From NCBI GenBank assembly GCA_030390025.1, contig CM059438.1, forward strand, positions 64,234,001 through 64,298,000: a stretch of DNA of 64,000 nt. The letters run 5' to 3'. Made by a program: the position numbers and the translations under genes. Below, piece after piece: positions 46,550 through 58,478 of the stretch. Origin of the DNA: Squalus acanthias (taxonomy: Eukaryota). The stretch's first letter is position 1; each line of letters begins with the position of its first letter. Below the pieces are notes generated by a model, which worked only from the letters and a program-made list of their open reading frames with translations, was not told where the DNA came from and did not search any database.

Positions 46550-49379
46550 GTGGGCAACCTGTAATGGTGAGGACTGGGTGCTTAATATTCATGGATTCAA
46601 GAAGGTGTTCAGAAAAGATAGGGAAGGAAAAAAGGGAGGTGGAGTGGCAGTACTGATTAGGGAAGACATTGTAGTGTGGGAAAGAGAGGATGTCCTTGAG
46701 GGGGCAAGGACAAAATACATTTGGTTAGAGTTGAGAAGCAAAAAGGGCATGATCACGCTATTGGGGGTACTCTATAGACCTCCAAATAGTGAGAGAGATA
46801 GAGGAGCAAATCTGCAGGGAAATCACAGAGATGTGCAAGAACTATAGAGTGGTGATATTGGGGGACTTTATTTACCCAAATATTGATTGGGATAATGTTA
46901 GTGTAAAGGGAAAAGAGGGGGAGGAATTTCTGAAATGTGTTCAGGAGGACTTCCTTGACCAGGTATGTTCTCGGCCCAACTAGGAAGGAGGCATTGCTGG
47001 ATCTGGTGCTGGGGAATGAGGTGAGCCAAGTGTCTGTGGGAGAACACTTGGGTAAGAGTGATCATCGTATCATAAGGTTTAGATTAGTAATGGAGAAGAG
47101 CAAGGAACAATCTGAAGTAGAACTTATAAATTGGAAGAGGGCTAACTTCAATGGGATGAGAAGGGATCTAGCCAGGGTAAAATGGAACCAAAGATTGACA
47201 GGAAAAACTGTAATGAAACAATGGGTGATCTTTAAGGAGGAGATGTTTCAGGTACATTCCAACAAGAGGGAAAGGTAGGGGAACCAAAGCCAGGGCTTGG
47301 ATGATGAGAGAGATGGAGAAGATGATGAAACAAAAAAAGAGGGTGAATGATGCATGTCAGATGAATTTTTCAAGTGAGAACCAGGCCAAATATAATAAGT
47401 TGAGAGGGGAAGTGAAGAGGAAAATAAGACTGGCAAAGAGAGAATATGAGAACAGAATGGCAGTTAACATAAAATGGAACCCAAAAATCTTCTACTGACA
47501 TGTAAACAGTAAGTGGATAGTAAGAGGTGGGTTGGGGCCTATTAGGGACAAAGAAGGTGATATATGCTTAGAGGTGCAGGGCAAGGCTAGAATACTTAAT
47601 GAGTACTTTGTATCGGTGTTTACTAAGGAAGAGGATGCTGCCACAATATCGGTAGAAGCGGAGATGGTAGAGGTAATGGATGGGGTGAAAGTTGATGGGC
47701 AGGATGTACTGGAAAGGCTGGATATGCTTAGAGTGGTTAAGTCGCCTGGTCCAGATGGTTTGCATCCCAGGTTACTAAGGAACGTGGGGGTGGGGATAGC
47801 GGAAGGGTTGCCATAATCTTCCAATCTTCCCTAGGAACGGGGGAGGTGCCAGAGGATTGGAAGCTGGCAAATGTGACACCCTTGTTCAAGAAAGGGTGTA
47901 AGGACAATCCTAGTAACTACAGGCTGGTCAGTTTAACATCAGTGGTGGATAAGGTTTTAGAAACTATAATCAGGGAAAAAATTAACAGGCTCTTGGAGAG
48001 GTTTAAGTTAATTAAGGAGAGCCAGCATGAATTTGTAAAAGGCAGATCATGTTTGACTAATCTAATCGAATTCTTTGATGACGTAACAGAGAAGGTTGAT
48101 GAAGGGAATGTAGTGGATGGTGTCTACATGGATTTTAAAAAAGCATTTGACAAAGAACCACATAGAAGGCTGGTTAACAAAATTGAGGCGCATGGAATAG
48201 AGGATCAGTATCAGCTTGGATAAGAAATTGGTTTCAGGACAGAAAACAGCGAGTCGTGGTAAATGGCTGTTTTTCAGACTGGAGGATGGTAGACAGTGGT
48301 GTTCCCCAAGAGTCAGTGCTAGGACCCCTGCTTTTATTGATATATATATAAATTACTTGGATATTGGAATACAGAGTAAAATTTCAAAATTTGCTGATGA
48401 TACCAAACTTGGAGGTGTGGCAAACAGTGAGGAGGATACCAATCGACTGCAACAAGACATAGATAGGCTAGCAGAATGGGCAGACAAGTGGCAGATGGAA
48501 TTTAATACAGAGAAGTGTGAGGGGATGCATTTTGGCAGAAGGGATAGGGAGAGGCAATATAGACTTAACGGCACAGTTTTAAAGAGTCTGCTGGGACAGA
48601 GGGACTTGGGGGTTCATGTGCATAGATCTTTGAAGGTGGCGGGACATATTGAGAGTATAATAAAACTTACCTGATTTTTGCCGGTTAAGCGAGAATTCCG
48701 GATATTAGGGTGCCGGATAAACGAAAGTTTCCTGTAGTTAGCAAAGCATATGGGATCTTGGGCTTCATAAATAGAGGTATTGAGTACAAAAGCAGAGAAG
48801 TTATTCTGAACCTTTATAAAGCTTTTGTTAGGCCACAACTAGAGTATTGCATCCAGTTCTGGTCACCCCACTTTAGGAAGGATGTGAAGGTCTTTGAGAG
48901 GGTGCAGAGGAGATTTACTAGAATGGTTCCATGGATGAGGGATTTTAGCTACAAGGTTAGGTTGGAGAAGCTGGGGTTGTTCTCCTTGGAGCAACGGAGG
49001 TTGAGGGGAGATTTGATAGAGGTGTTTAAGATTATGACAGGTTTGGATAGGCTAGACGGTGAAAGGCTGTCCCCATTAGCTGATAGTACAAGGACTAGAG
49101 GACACATATTTAAGGTTTTGGGCAAGAGATACAGGGGGGATGTGAGGAAGAACTTTTTTACACAGCAAGTGGTAATGACCTGGAACTCGCTGTCGACAAG
49201 GGTGGTGGAAGTGGAGACGATCAATGATTTCAAGGGGAAATTGGATAGGCACTTGAAAAAAATCAACTTGCAGGGCTATGGGGATAGAGCGGGGAATGGG
49301 ACTGACTGGATTGCTCTACAGAGAGCCGGCATGGACTCGATGGGCCGAATGGCCTCCTTCTATGCCACTATGACTCTAT
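46550..49379 (+). mobile_element. CR1 ORF2 pseudogene, nearly complete, many frameshifts
   Basis: Successive ORFs with YRPP, GDF, SDH, KSPGPDG, FADDTK, RPQLEYCIQFW; (tatgactc)n tail continues at 50223. Confidence 0.93.
48658..48734. mobile_element. Tiny Tc1/mariner-pogo (Tigger-like) insertion in CR1
   Basis: Interrupts gagagta/gttagcaaagc; TA duplicated; right end reads caggaaactttcgtttatccggcacc on the minus strand. Confidence 0.6.
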
Positions 49380-50222
49380 GGGCTGGACTTTCTCAGCCCC
49401 GAGGAGGCGGGCATGGAGGCGGGACTGCCGGTAAAGTAGCAGAAAGTGGGGGCGGATGGCAAAACCATCCCATCCCGCCTCCGTGCCCTTTTACCAGGAG
49501 GCGGGAAGATGTGCTGCTTTGGGTCCCAATCCTGGAGGCGGGAAAGGGATTAAATCCTTTTAACTGCCTGTTAACAGTGAGTTAACAGGCAGAAAAAAGG
49601 ATTAGTGCCATTTTACCTTCTCAGGTGAAGGCTTCCTGACCTCGGAGAACCCCGTTGGGTTGGAGGAGACGTGGAGGAGGTCTGTGGGGGTCGGAGGCAC
49701 CTGGAAGTCAGATGTAGAGATGAGTGATGGGTGCAAGTGTGGAGTGGTAAGAATGGAAGGTGAGTGCTAAGTGTTAAAACATTTTCACTTACCTTGTTTT
49801 CTGCCTACAGCCTTCATCCACCCTGGATCAGGAGACCCGACATCTTCTTTGTCGATTTCACAGACTGGCTGTTGGATCCTCCGACCCAACAGCCATCTGA
49901 AATCTACAAAGTTGAAAGCTTTGATGAGTCCTGAACACAAGCACTCATCAAACTACAGAGAATGTCAGTGTTTGACAGCTTCACAGAGCTGTCAAACACT
50001 GACATTTCTTCTTTCAAGAAGTCTTGACAGATAGCACGTCAGACGTTGATGTGCTCTGTCAGTGACTTCCCCCTAATTGGCCTGCTGAACCTGCAGGGCG
50101 GGCTTAACAAAGTCAATCAGGGGAAAATCCCTCTGGTTGGCCAGAAAATGATGGAGGCGGGACATTGACCCGACAAGCAGCAGTCCCGCCTCCAACTCAT
50201 CTCCATTGAGAAAATCCAGCCC
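49380..50222. mobile_element. Non-autonomous PIF/Harbinger-type MITE
   Basis: TIR gggctggactttctca / tgagaaaatccagccc (15/16); TSD tat; sits in the CR1 microsatellite tail. Confidence 0.8.
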
Positions 50223-50267
50223 TATGACTCTATGACAACTTGCCATGGTGAGATGTGAACTCTAAAC

Positions 50268-50565
50268 CACAACTTGTATTTATCTAGCGCCTTTAACGCA
50301 GTAAAATGTCCCAAGGTGCTTCACAGGAGCATTAGCAAACAAAATTTGACACCGAGCCACATAAAGGAATATTAGGACAGGTGACCAAAAGCTTGGTCAA
50401 AGAGGTAGGATTTAAAGAGAGTCTTAAAGGAGGAAAGAGTGGTAGAGAGGCGGAGAGGTTTAGGGAGGGGATTCCAGAGCTTAGATGCCTAGGCAGCTGC
50501 AGGCAGTGGTGGGGCGATGAAAATTGGGGATGCGCAAGAGGCCAGAATTGGAGGAACGCAGAGGT
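50268..50565 (-). mobile_element. L2 3' tail
   Basis: caacttgtatttatctagcgcc...gacaccgagccacataa. Confidence 0.85.
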
Positions 50566-50875
50566 ATAAATGCAAGTTGTTGTTTGTTTGACTTTAATTT
50601 ATTTAATAGGTTACCCTGGGAGAACGTGTCTTCAGTTACCCTTGGTATGTTTCTGCGAGGGAAGCACTGGAAATTCTACCTGATTCCACTCACCTGCCAA
50701 TTAAAGAGTGAGGTAACAGCTGGCTGTGTGGCCTCTCAGCGGACTGTTTTCAAACCTTCACAACTCATCTGCCCTTGTTCTAAGTGTTGTCAGTATCTAT
50801 GATTTAGCCTGCCACTCAAGGGCTGCCCCCATCACAACACCTTGTGTTGCAGACCTATCCGATGAGGAGCCCGCA

Positions 50876-51172
50876 ACTTCAGTGTGCACAACAGCGCAAT
50901 GAGGAAAAACTGAGAGTGAAGCCAAGGACAAGAGGGGGAAGTTTGAAGATTTTTTTCCACACAGCTACCAGAACTTAGACCACAGGACCTAATGTTGCTG
51001 CTATAATTACATCATTTAAAAGGGAACTGGATAAATATTTGAAAAGAAAAGGTACAAAAGGGTGGGGGAAAGGGAAATGGGATTCGACTAGATGGTTCCA
51101 GCTGAAGAGCTAGAATTGGTACAGAAGCTATGGACAGAATGGCCTCATTCTGGGCTGTAAATTATATGATCC
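50876..51172 (+). mobile_element. Unclassified CR1-tailed repeat (SINE-like), copy 1
   Basis: 41-nt core shared with 54321-54361, followed by a decayed CR1-type 3' end. Confidence 0.55.
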
Positions 51173-51559
51173 TTTAAAAAACATTGGATTCTTTGCAGTT
51201 TTTTACACTGAGAAACGGCAATTCTGTTTGTGTTTGACTCTATTTCCCTCATACTGCTGCCATGTTGCACTTTCAGTATGTTTGAGTGGAACTGCGCATT
51301 CCTTTAAAGATTTTTTGACCCCTTTAAAGGGAGGAGTAAAATCAGCCACACCATAGAAAGACGGGGCCTTTTTAAATGATGTAGGGTGAAGCTTAGGAAA
51401 TTGGCAAAGAAAGCATTGAATAAATTGAGTCTGGAAGTCACAAAAACATGGAAATTAATTTCATGGAAATGGGGTGAGGTAAGGGCAAAGGGGGGCGATG
51501 TTGTGGAGGTGGAAGTTAGCGGTCATGGTGATGAATATTGGGTTTCAGGCCCACAGCCT

Positions 51560-52600
51560 TGCCTGCAGAACTCAGCAAGCCATGATCAAAATCACCGAGT
51601 CTGAGCCGCGAACCATAGTGTATTATCTCCTTTACTCCAGTGTGGTGTTCGACACATCATGCTGCTCCATCATTTCTCCTCTGTAGACTATCCTGAGCCA
51701 CCACTTGGTTTCATTGCACCTGTCCCAACACATTTAACACACATCCTGCAATGCCTTCTTCTCCTGCCCTGTCACGGTCACGTTGGCAAGATTCCCTCTT
51801 GGCCCCCTTCTTTTCCATGTTTACATGCTGTTCCTTGGTAACATCATTCTTTGGCTGGGGTCAGCTTTCATATGTATGCTTACACCCAGCTGTATCTCTC
51901 CACCACCTCCCTGAACTCCCAACCTAAGACTGTGCCATCTGACTGACGTCATGTGGTGAATGAGCAAGTGCTTTCTTGTACATTTGCAAGACTCAGGCCA
52001 TCCTGTTGGGCTCTTGCCCCTGATTTCACCTCCCTCTGTGGCTATTTTGTCAGGCTGAATCTAGCAGTATGCACCCTCAGTGTGTCCAATTTGGCTCTGA
52101 GCTGAGTTTTAAATCTCACATCCCAGCCTTCCAACTTCCACCGCTACAATTTTGCTCGCTTCCAAGGTCAATGGCTCAAATGATCTCCTCACTAAGCGCC
52201 CAAGTTCCACCCTCCATGAACTGAATTGGACATACGTCACTGTTCCTTCATTGTCGCTGGGTCAAAATCCTGGAATTCCCCACCTAATGCCATCATGGGA
52301 GCACCATCACCACAAGGGCTGCAGCAGTTCAAGACAACTAAAGATGGGCAGTAAATATAGCCTTGCTCGTGTCATCCGTAACTCGAGAACACATTAAAAA
52401 AAACTGCAACTTGTTCAAAATCTCACCACCTTTAGTCTAACACACACCAAATCCAGCTCTGCTATCTCTCCTCCCAACTTCTGCTGGCTCCCCAATGCAT
52501 TGGATTTAAAATCTTATCTTCATGTACACCTCCATCCACGGGCTCACTCCTTGCTACCTCTGAACTCCTCCACCCCTTTGTTCTTCTGATGGACCTGAAG
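51560..52600 (+). mobile_element. Old L2 fragments with a LINE family 2 tail (~52200-52395)
   Basis: tttcatatgtatgct..acacccagctgtatctctccaccacc (YADDTQLY region); gggtcaaaatcctggaattcc. Confidence 0.55.
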
Positions 52601-52719
52601 TGAATTAAATTACTGATTTGAGTCATTTGAACTCTGTAGTATTGAAACCATTTTTAATCAGCATGTGACAAAATGTAATTATTATTTTATAAGCTATTAG
52701 ACTAAGTGTAATAGATAAC

Positions 52720-53455
52720 ATTTAGAAGTGTAGAGGAACAGAGGGACCTTGGAGTGCATGTCCACAGATCCCAGAAGATAGTAGGACAGGTAGATAAGGT
52801 GGTTAAGAAGGCATACGGGATACCTTCCTTTAATAGCCGAGGCATAGAATATAAGAGCAGGGAGGTTATGCTTGAACTGTATAAAACACTAGTTAGGCCA
52901 CAGCTAGAGTACTGCATACAGTTCTGGTCACCACATTACAGAAAAGGTGTGATTACACCAGAGAGGGTACAGAGGAGATTTACGAGGATGTTGCCAGGAC
53001 TGGAGAATTTTAGCTATGAGGAAAGATTGGAGAGACTGGGGTTGTTTTCTTTGGAACAGAGGAGGCTGAGGGGAGACTTGATTGAGGTGCATAAAATTAT
53101 GAGGGGCCTAGATAGAGCGATAGGAAGGACTTATCTCCCTTAGCAGGGAGGTCAATAACCAGGAGGCATAGATTTAAAGTAATTGGTAGAAGGATTAGAG
53201 GGGAGTTGAGGCAAATTTTTTCACCCAGAGGATGATGGGGGTTTGGAACTCACTGCCTGAGAGGGTGGGAGAGGCAGAAACCCTCATCACATTTAAAAAG
53301 TACTTGGATATACACTTGAAGTGCCGTAACCTACAGGGCTACAGACCAAGAGCTGGAACGTGGGATTAGGCTGGATCGCTCTTTGTCGGCCGGCACAGAC
53401 ATGATGGGTCGAATGGCCGCCTTCTGTGCCGTCAATTTCTTGATTCTATGATTCA
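52720..53455 (+). mobile_element. CR1 3' fragment
   Basis: ORF 52754-53143; (tgattcta)n tail. Confidence 0.92.
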
Positions 53456-54179
53456 ATGAACATTTCATTATCAGCCTTTTAACTTTACTTTCTACACATT
53501 GTTGGAAATAATACAGAAAATATTGTCAATTATTTTCTCGGGAAAAAAAGAGATTCCATCAGTACAGCGACTGCGGAGAAAACATAATCTCGAAGGGGTT
53601 AGTTTTACACAGGGAATGTGCATCCTGAGGATATAATGACCTCCTTTGGGACTGCCTAGAACTGGTATTTATAGACAGGAGGGCTCCTAAGACAGGCCCA
53701 ACTCTGATTCTTTTATTTATTATCTGGATTGATTGTAGATGGTGACGGCAGAAGGGGGGGCGGGGGGGCGGGTGCGCGCAGTCACTGACAGCAGATTTCC
53801 CCAAGGAATACTCCAGGATAAGGTCTTATCCAGCAGTGTACAAGTAAAAAGGGGCGCCGTCCATGAAAATGTCAAGAATTGTTTTTTTCATTTTTGTTAT
53901 CAGCACAGAACGCAATGATTGAAACCATGCATCATTGTGACACTTGGGTTGCGAGTTGCAATCAAAATGTCTCTTCTGCCTTCCAAAATAAAGGAAAGAT
54001 TTTGCAACGTAGACAGCGACCCTTTAAATCTAACCAACCATAGCAAGATAAATTGCTGTGTAAAGCGGTAAACTTGTTAGTTCAAATTCCTAGAACAGTA
54101 CCACCTGTTGGCTAAGCAAGTATCTGAACCGTCAAAGGTTGAGACTTGTCCATTTGGTTGAGCGCTGGATACTGGGGAC

Positions 54180-54550
54180 AACTCCAGGCAGAGCTCACTT
54201 GGCCTTTCATCCTTCCAAAGTGAATGAAACAAGGAGCATTTCTTAGGATTCGGGGATAAAGCAGGAAGCTGTACATGGTCATTATCAAGTGATCACCGTA
54301 TCTGTCCTGACCATCGTAGGACTTCAGTGTGCACAGCAGCGCAATGAGGAAAAACTGAGAGGGAGGCAAAAGACAAGGGGGAAGTTTGGAGAACATTTTC
54401 CACATGGCTCCCAGAACATAGAATACTGTACCTTAACTTGCTACTGAGGCAGAGACTATAATAACATAATTTAAAAGGGAATTGGATGAGTATTTGGATT
54501 GAAAGAAATATAGAATAGTACGAGGAAAATCAAGAAATTGGGATTAGAGC
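54180..54550 (+). mobile_element. Unclassified CR1-tailed repeat (SINE-like), copy 2
   Basis: ggcctttcatccttcc motif upstream, shared 41-nt core, decayed CR1-type 3' end. Confidence 0.55.
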
Positions 54551-54734
54551 AACAATTGTAAAGGTTGGGGCATTGAACTGTGACGCTTTTTGTGCTCAGC
54601 CTCAGCTCCCATCCTTCCCTGCATTGCCTCTGAAAGTGGCTAACTGTGGGAGTTGAAAGGGGGAAAGGAAGAAGCGATTGGATATTCAGGTATCTCTGCT
54701 GGAAATGGTATGTTTACTGATGTCGAAGGCCATC

Positions 54735-55750
54735 ATCTTACCTAGCACAAAGGAAGATGGTTGTGGTTGTTGGAGGACCAATCATCTCAACCCCAGAACA
54801 TCGTTGCAGGTGTTCCTCAGGGCAGTGTCCTAGGCCCAACCATCTTCAGCTGCTTCATCAATGACCTTCCCTCTAACATAAGGTCAGAAGTGGGGATGTC
54901 CGCTGAAGATTGCAATGTTCAGTTCCATTTGCAACTCCTCAGATAATGAAGCAGTCCGTGCCCGCATGCAGCAAGACCTGGACAACATTCAGGCTAGGGC
55001 AGATAAGTAGCAAGCAACATTTGCACCACACAAGTGCCAGGCAATGATTATCTCCAACAAGCGAGAGTCTAACCAACTCCCCTTGATATTCAATGGCATT
55101 ACCATCATCAAATCCCCCACCATCAACATCCTAGGGATCAACATTGACCAGAAGCTTAACTGGACCGGCCACATAAATATCGTGGCGACAAACGCATGTC
55201 AGTGACTTACCTCCTGACTCCCCAAAGCCTTTCCTCCATCTAGAAGGCACAAGTTAGGAGTGTGATGGAATACTCTCCACTTGCCTGGATGAGCGCAGCT
55301 CCAACAACACTCACGAAGCTCGACACCATGATTGGCACACCATCCACCACCTTAAACATTCACTCCCTCCACCACTGGCGTACCGTGGCTGCAGTGTATA
55401 CCATCTACAAGATGCACTGCAGCAACTCGCCAAGGCTTCTTCGACAGCACCTCCCTAACCTGCGACCTCTACCACCTGGAAGGACAAGGGCAGCAGACAC
55501 ATGGGAACACCATCACCTCCAAGTTCCCCTCCAAGTCACACACCATCCTGACTTGGAAATATATCGCCGTTCCTGCATCGTCAATGGGTCAAAATCTTGG
55601 AACTCCCTCCCTAACAGCACTGTGGGAGTGCCTTCACCACACGGACTGCAGCAGTTCAAGAAGGCGGCTCACCACCACCTTCTCAAGGGCAATTAGGGAT
55701 GGGCAATAAATGCTGGCCTTGCCATTGACACCCACATCCCGTGAATGAAT
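54735..55750 (+). mobile_element. CR1-group LINE family 2, RT C-terminal fragment
   Basis: GVPQGSVLGPTIFSCFINDL...HHHLLKGN*, then gtgaatgaataaaa. Confidence 0.9.
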
Positions 55751-55759
55751 AAAAGAAAA

Positions 55760-56275
55760 AGGATATGCCATTTAAGATTGAACTCACTCACCTTGGCAAC
55801 TCGTGTTAAATCATTAAACTTCTTCCTGTACTGCATCCATGTTCTTGGAGCTACACTCCTGGCATTGACCTCTGCTGCTTTTTCTTCCCACTGCCTCCTG
55901 AGCATATGTCTTGAGGGCCTCCAGCCCCCTGCAGATACAGAATGTCTCTCCTTCTCTCCACATCTTGCACCAAGGCCTCCAGTGCATTATCAGAAAACCT
56001 TGGTGCACATTCTCTCGCAGGTTGAGCCGCCTTGACAAAAATCTTCAAATTTAATTAACTTCCTGACACCACTTCCTGCAGCCACAATGCACCTCCCCTT
56101 TAAGAGGTGCAGGCTACCTTTAAGTAGCGCTAGCCACTCGCGATATCGGGCCCCTTGTTGATGCGTTCAGCCAATGAGCAATGCAGGTAGTGTTGGCTGC
56201 ACGCAGCAATCATGGAAATTAGCAGCGCACCACCATCCCCACACCTGTTATTGGATCTTACTCAATTTAACCCCC
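55760..56275 (-). mobile_element. PIF/Harbinger transposon 5' end
   Basis: Terminus gggggttaaattg on minus at 56275, upstream of the Myb/SANT exon. Confidence 0.7.
55792..56035 (-). pseudogene. Myb/SANT-like DNA-binding domain exon (Harbinger accessory protein; NAIF1/MSANTD-like), one frameshift
   Basis: APRFSDNALEALVQDVERRRDILY / RRQWEEKAAEVNARSVAPRTWMQYRKKFNDL; ends at AAG|gtgagt donor. Confidence 0.8.
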
Positions 56276-56374
56276 ATAGTGTTTTATCACAAAATGCTTT
56301 GCACAATTAATTTTTTTAATGCATTAACTGTTGTTATATGGGCAGTGTTGTTGCATATAATTACATTGAAATTA

Positions 56375-56790
56375 CAACATGGAAACATGGCATTTGGCCC
56401 AACCATTCTGTGTTGCTATTTACCCTCCACGTGAACAGTCCTAATCCCCCATACCTACCCTGTTCCCATATCCCTTGTTGTCATCTTCCCTTCAACCACA
56501 TATCTAACCTAATCATAAATGTTGACATGGTCTCTGCTCCAATCACAAACTCTAGTCATGCATTCCACAATCTCTCCACCCTCTGTGAACGTTTCTCCTG
56601 CTCTTTTATATTTCATCTTATATCTAAGTTCCCTTGTTCTGGACCCCTCATTCACTGGAATCAGTCTGCTTTTATCTACATTGTCCCTTCCCTCTTAATT
56701 AAAAAAAAACCTCTATCACATCACTCCATAATCTCTTCTGTTCTGAAGAAAACAGCCCCAATTTTTCAAGCATTTATTATTTATCACTAA
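56375..56790 (-). mobile_element. Old degenerate CR1 3' end
   Basis: cattccacaatctctccaccctctgtg...cccttgttctggac resembles CR1 RT C-terminal antisense sequence. Confidence 0.55.
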
Positions 56791-57056
56791 CTGATTTTAC
56801 TAATATTTAGGGTGAGATTTACGGTTGTTTAACTAAGGGATAACAGTGCTGGGAAATGAAATCCATTTTGCACTCATTGTCAAAATGAGGTAATCCCAAG
56901 TTATGAGGTAATCCCAAGGATACATACTAAGTGAAACTCTCTTTGCTGTCTCCCAAGAAACTATTTCAACCCCAATCTCAGAGGAGTGACCTCGAGACAC
57001 CAGGCTAATTTTCCTCACATGCTTGTCTGAGTTGAGTCTGAGATTGTACTAATTGA

Positions 57057-57295
57057 AGAAGAAGAACTTGCATTTATATAGCACCTTTCACAGCCTGTGG
57101 ACATCCCAAAGCGCTTTACAGCCAATGACATACTTCTGAAGTGCAGTCACTGTTGTCATGTAGGAAACGTGGCAGCCAATTTACGCACAGCAAGCAGCAA
57201 TGTGATAATGACAAGATAATCTGTTTTAGTGCTGTTGGTTGAAATATTGACCAGGACACCGGGCAGTACGCCCCTGCTCTTCTTTGAAATAGTGC
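57057..57295 (-). mobile_element. SacSINE1-type 3' half
   Basis: (gaa)n cttgcatttatatagcacc...gcgctttacagccaatga. Confidence 0.85.
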
Positions 57296-57984
57296 ACTTT
57301 AATAATGGAGAAGCGTACCAATTGAACTTAGAGTGCCCAAAGTCACATCACCGAGCATACTTACAGCAGCCAGAGAGAGTTACCCCCCCCTCCCCCCCCC
57401 CGTCACCCAGGCACTGCTTTCAAATGCAGAGGTGAAAGCATAATCTTCTCACCGAAAGCACATCCCAGCGCCTCATCAACTGTAGGATCAGACAGCAGCG
57501 GGGGAAAGGAAGGTAAAGTTCTGTGATGACTCATTCGAGTAAAAAACTGTCGCCATACTGGAACATTCAACTTACCGCAGAGTGGAGTCAGCTTATCTTC
57601 CAGTCATGTAACTTCATTCTAATATTTACTTTGATTAAAACGGAATTTAAATTTGATCACGGCATTGTACACGCGACAGCAGCACTCATATGGAATTAAT
57701 TGAATTGAAATTCACAGTAATTCTACCAGGGAAACGGCTATTACTTTCAGAATTCACCTCATTAAAAACAGCATGCAACACAGAGCAAGTTGTTATTTCA
57801 GACCTGTTTAAGGGAAAACATAATTTGAATGCTGTGTTAATGTGCCTCAAACCTGTAACATCTTGCATGTTTTTTTTTCCAATTCTAAGGTTTTTTGAAC
57901 AGGAAGAAAAAAAAACATTTAAAGGTGCGTACCCCAGAATTATTGCAAAATAATTTCCTCTCAAATTCACAGAGTTTTTTTTTT

Positions 57985-58352
57985 GTATTCGTTCACTGGG
58001 TGTGGGCGTTGCTGGCAAGGCTAGCATTTATTGTCCATCCCTAATTGCCCTTGAGAGGCTCGCTCGGACATTTCAGAGGGCAGTTAAGAGTCAACCACAT
58101 TGTTGTGGGTCTGGAGTCACATATAGGCCAGACCGGGTAAGGATGGCAGATTTCCTTCCCTAAAGGACTTTAGTGAATCGGATGGGTTTTTACAACAATC
58201 TGGTAGATCACCATTACTGATACTAGCCTTTCTATTCCAGATATAAAAAAAAATGTAATTAACTGAATTTAAATTCCCCAGCTGCCGTGGTGGGATTTGA
58301 ATTCTTATCACTGGATTACTAGCCCAGTAAAATGACCACAATGCTACCGTTC
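57985..58352 (-). mobile_element. tRNA-derived SINE carrying the 3' tail of LINE family 2
   Basis: Minus-strand head ggtagcattgtggtc...aattcaaatcccacc; tail ctcaagggcaattagggatgg...gccttgccagcaacgcccacac. Confidence 0.75.
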
Positions 58353-58478
58353 CCTAAGATCCTTTCAGTTTAACTAACAACATGCTGCAGAAGAGCAATC
58401 CTGACTGTACCAGCTCGAGATTTCCACTTCCGATTGCAGCCCTCCTTGTGAGCTTTCAGTCACATTGCCAGTTGATAC

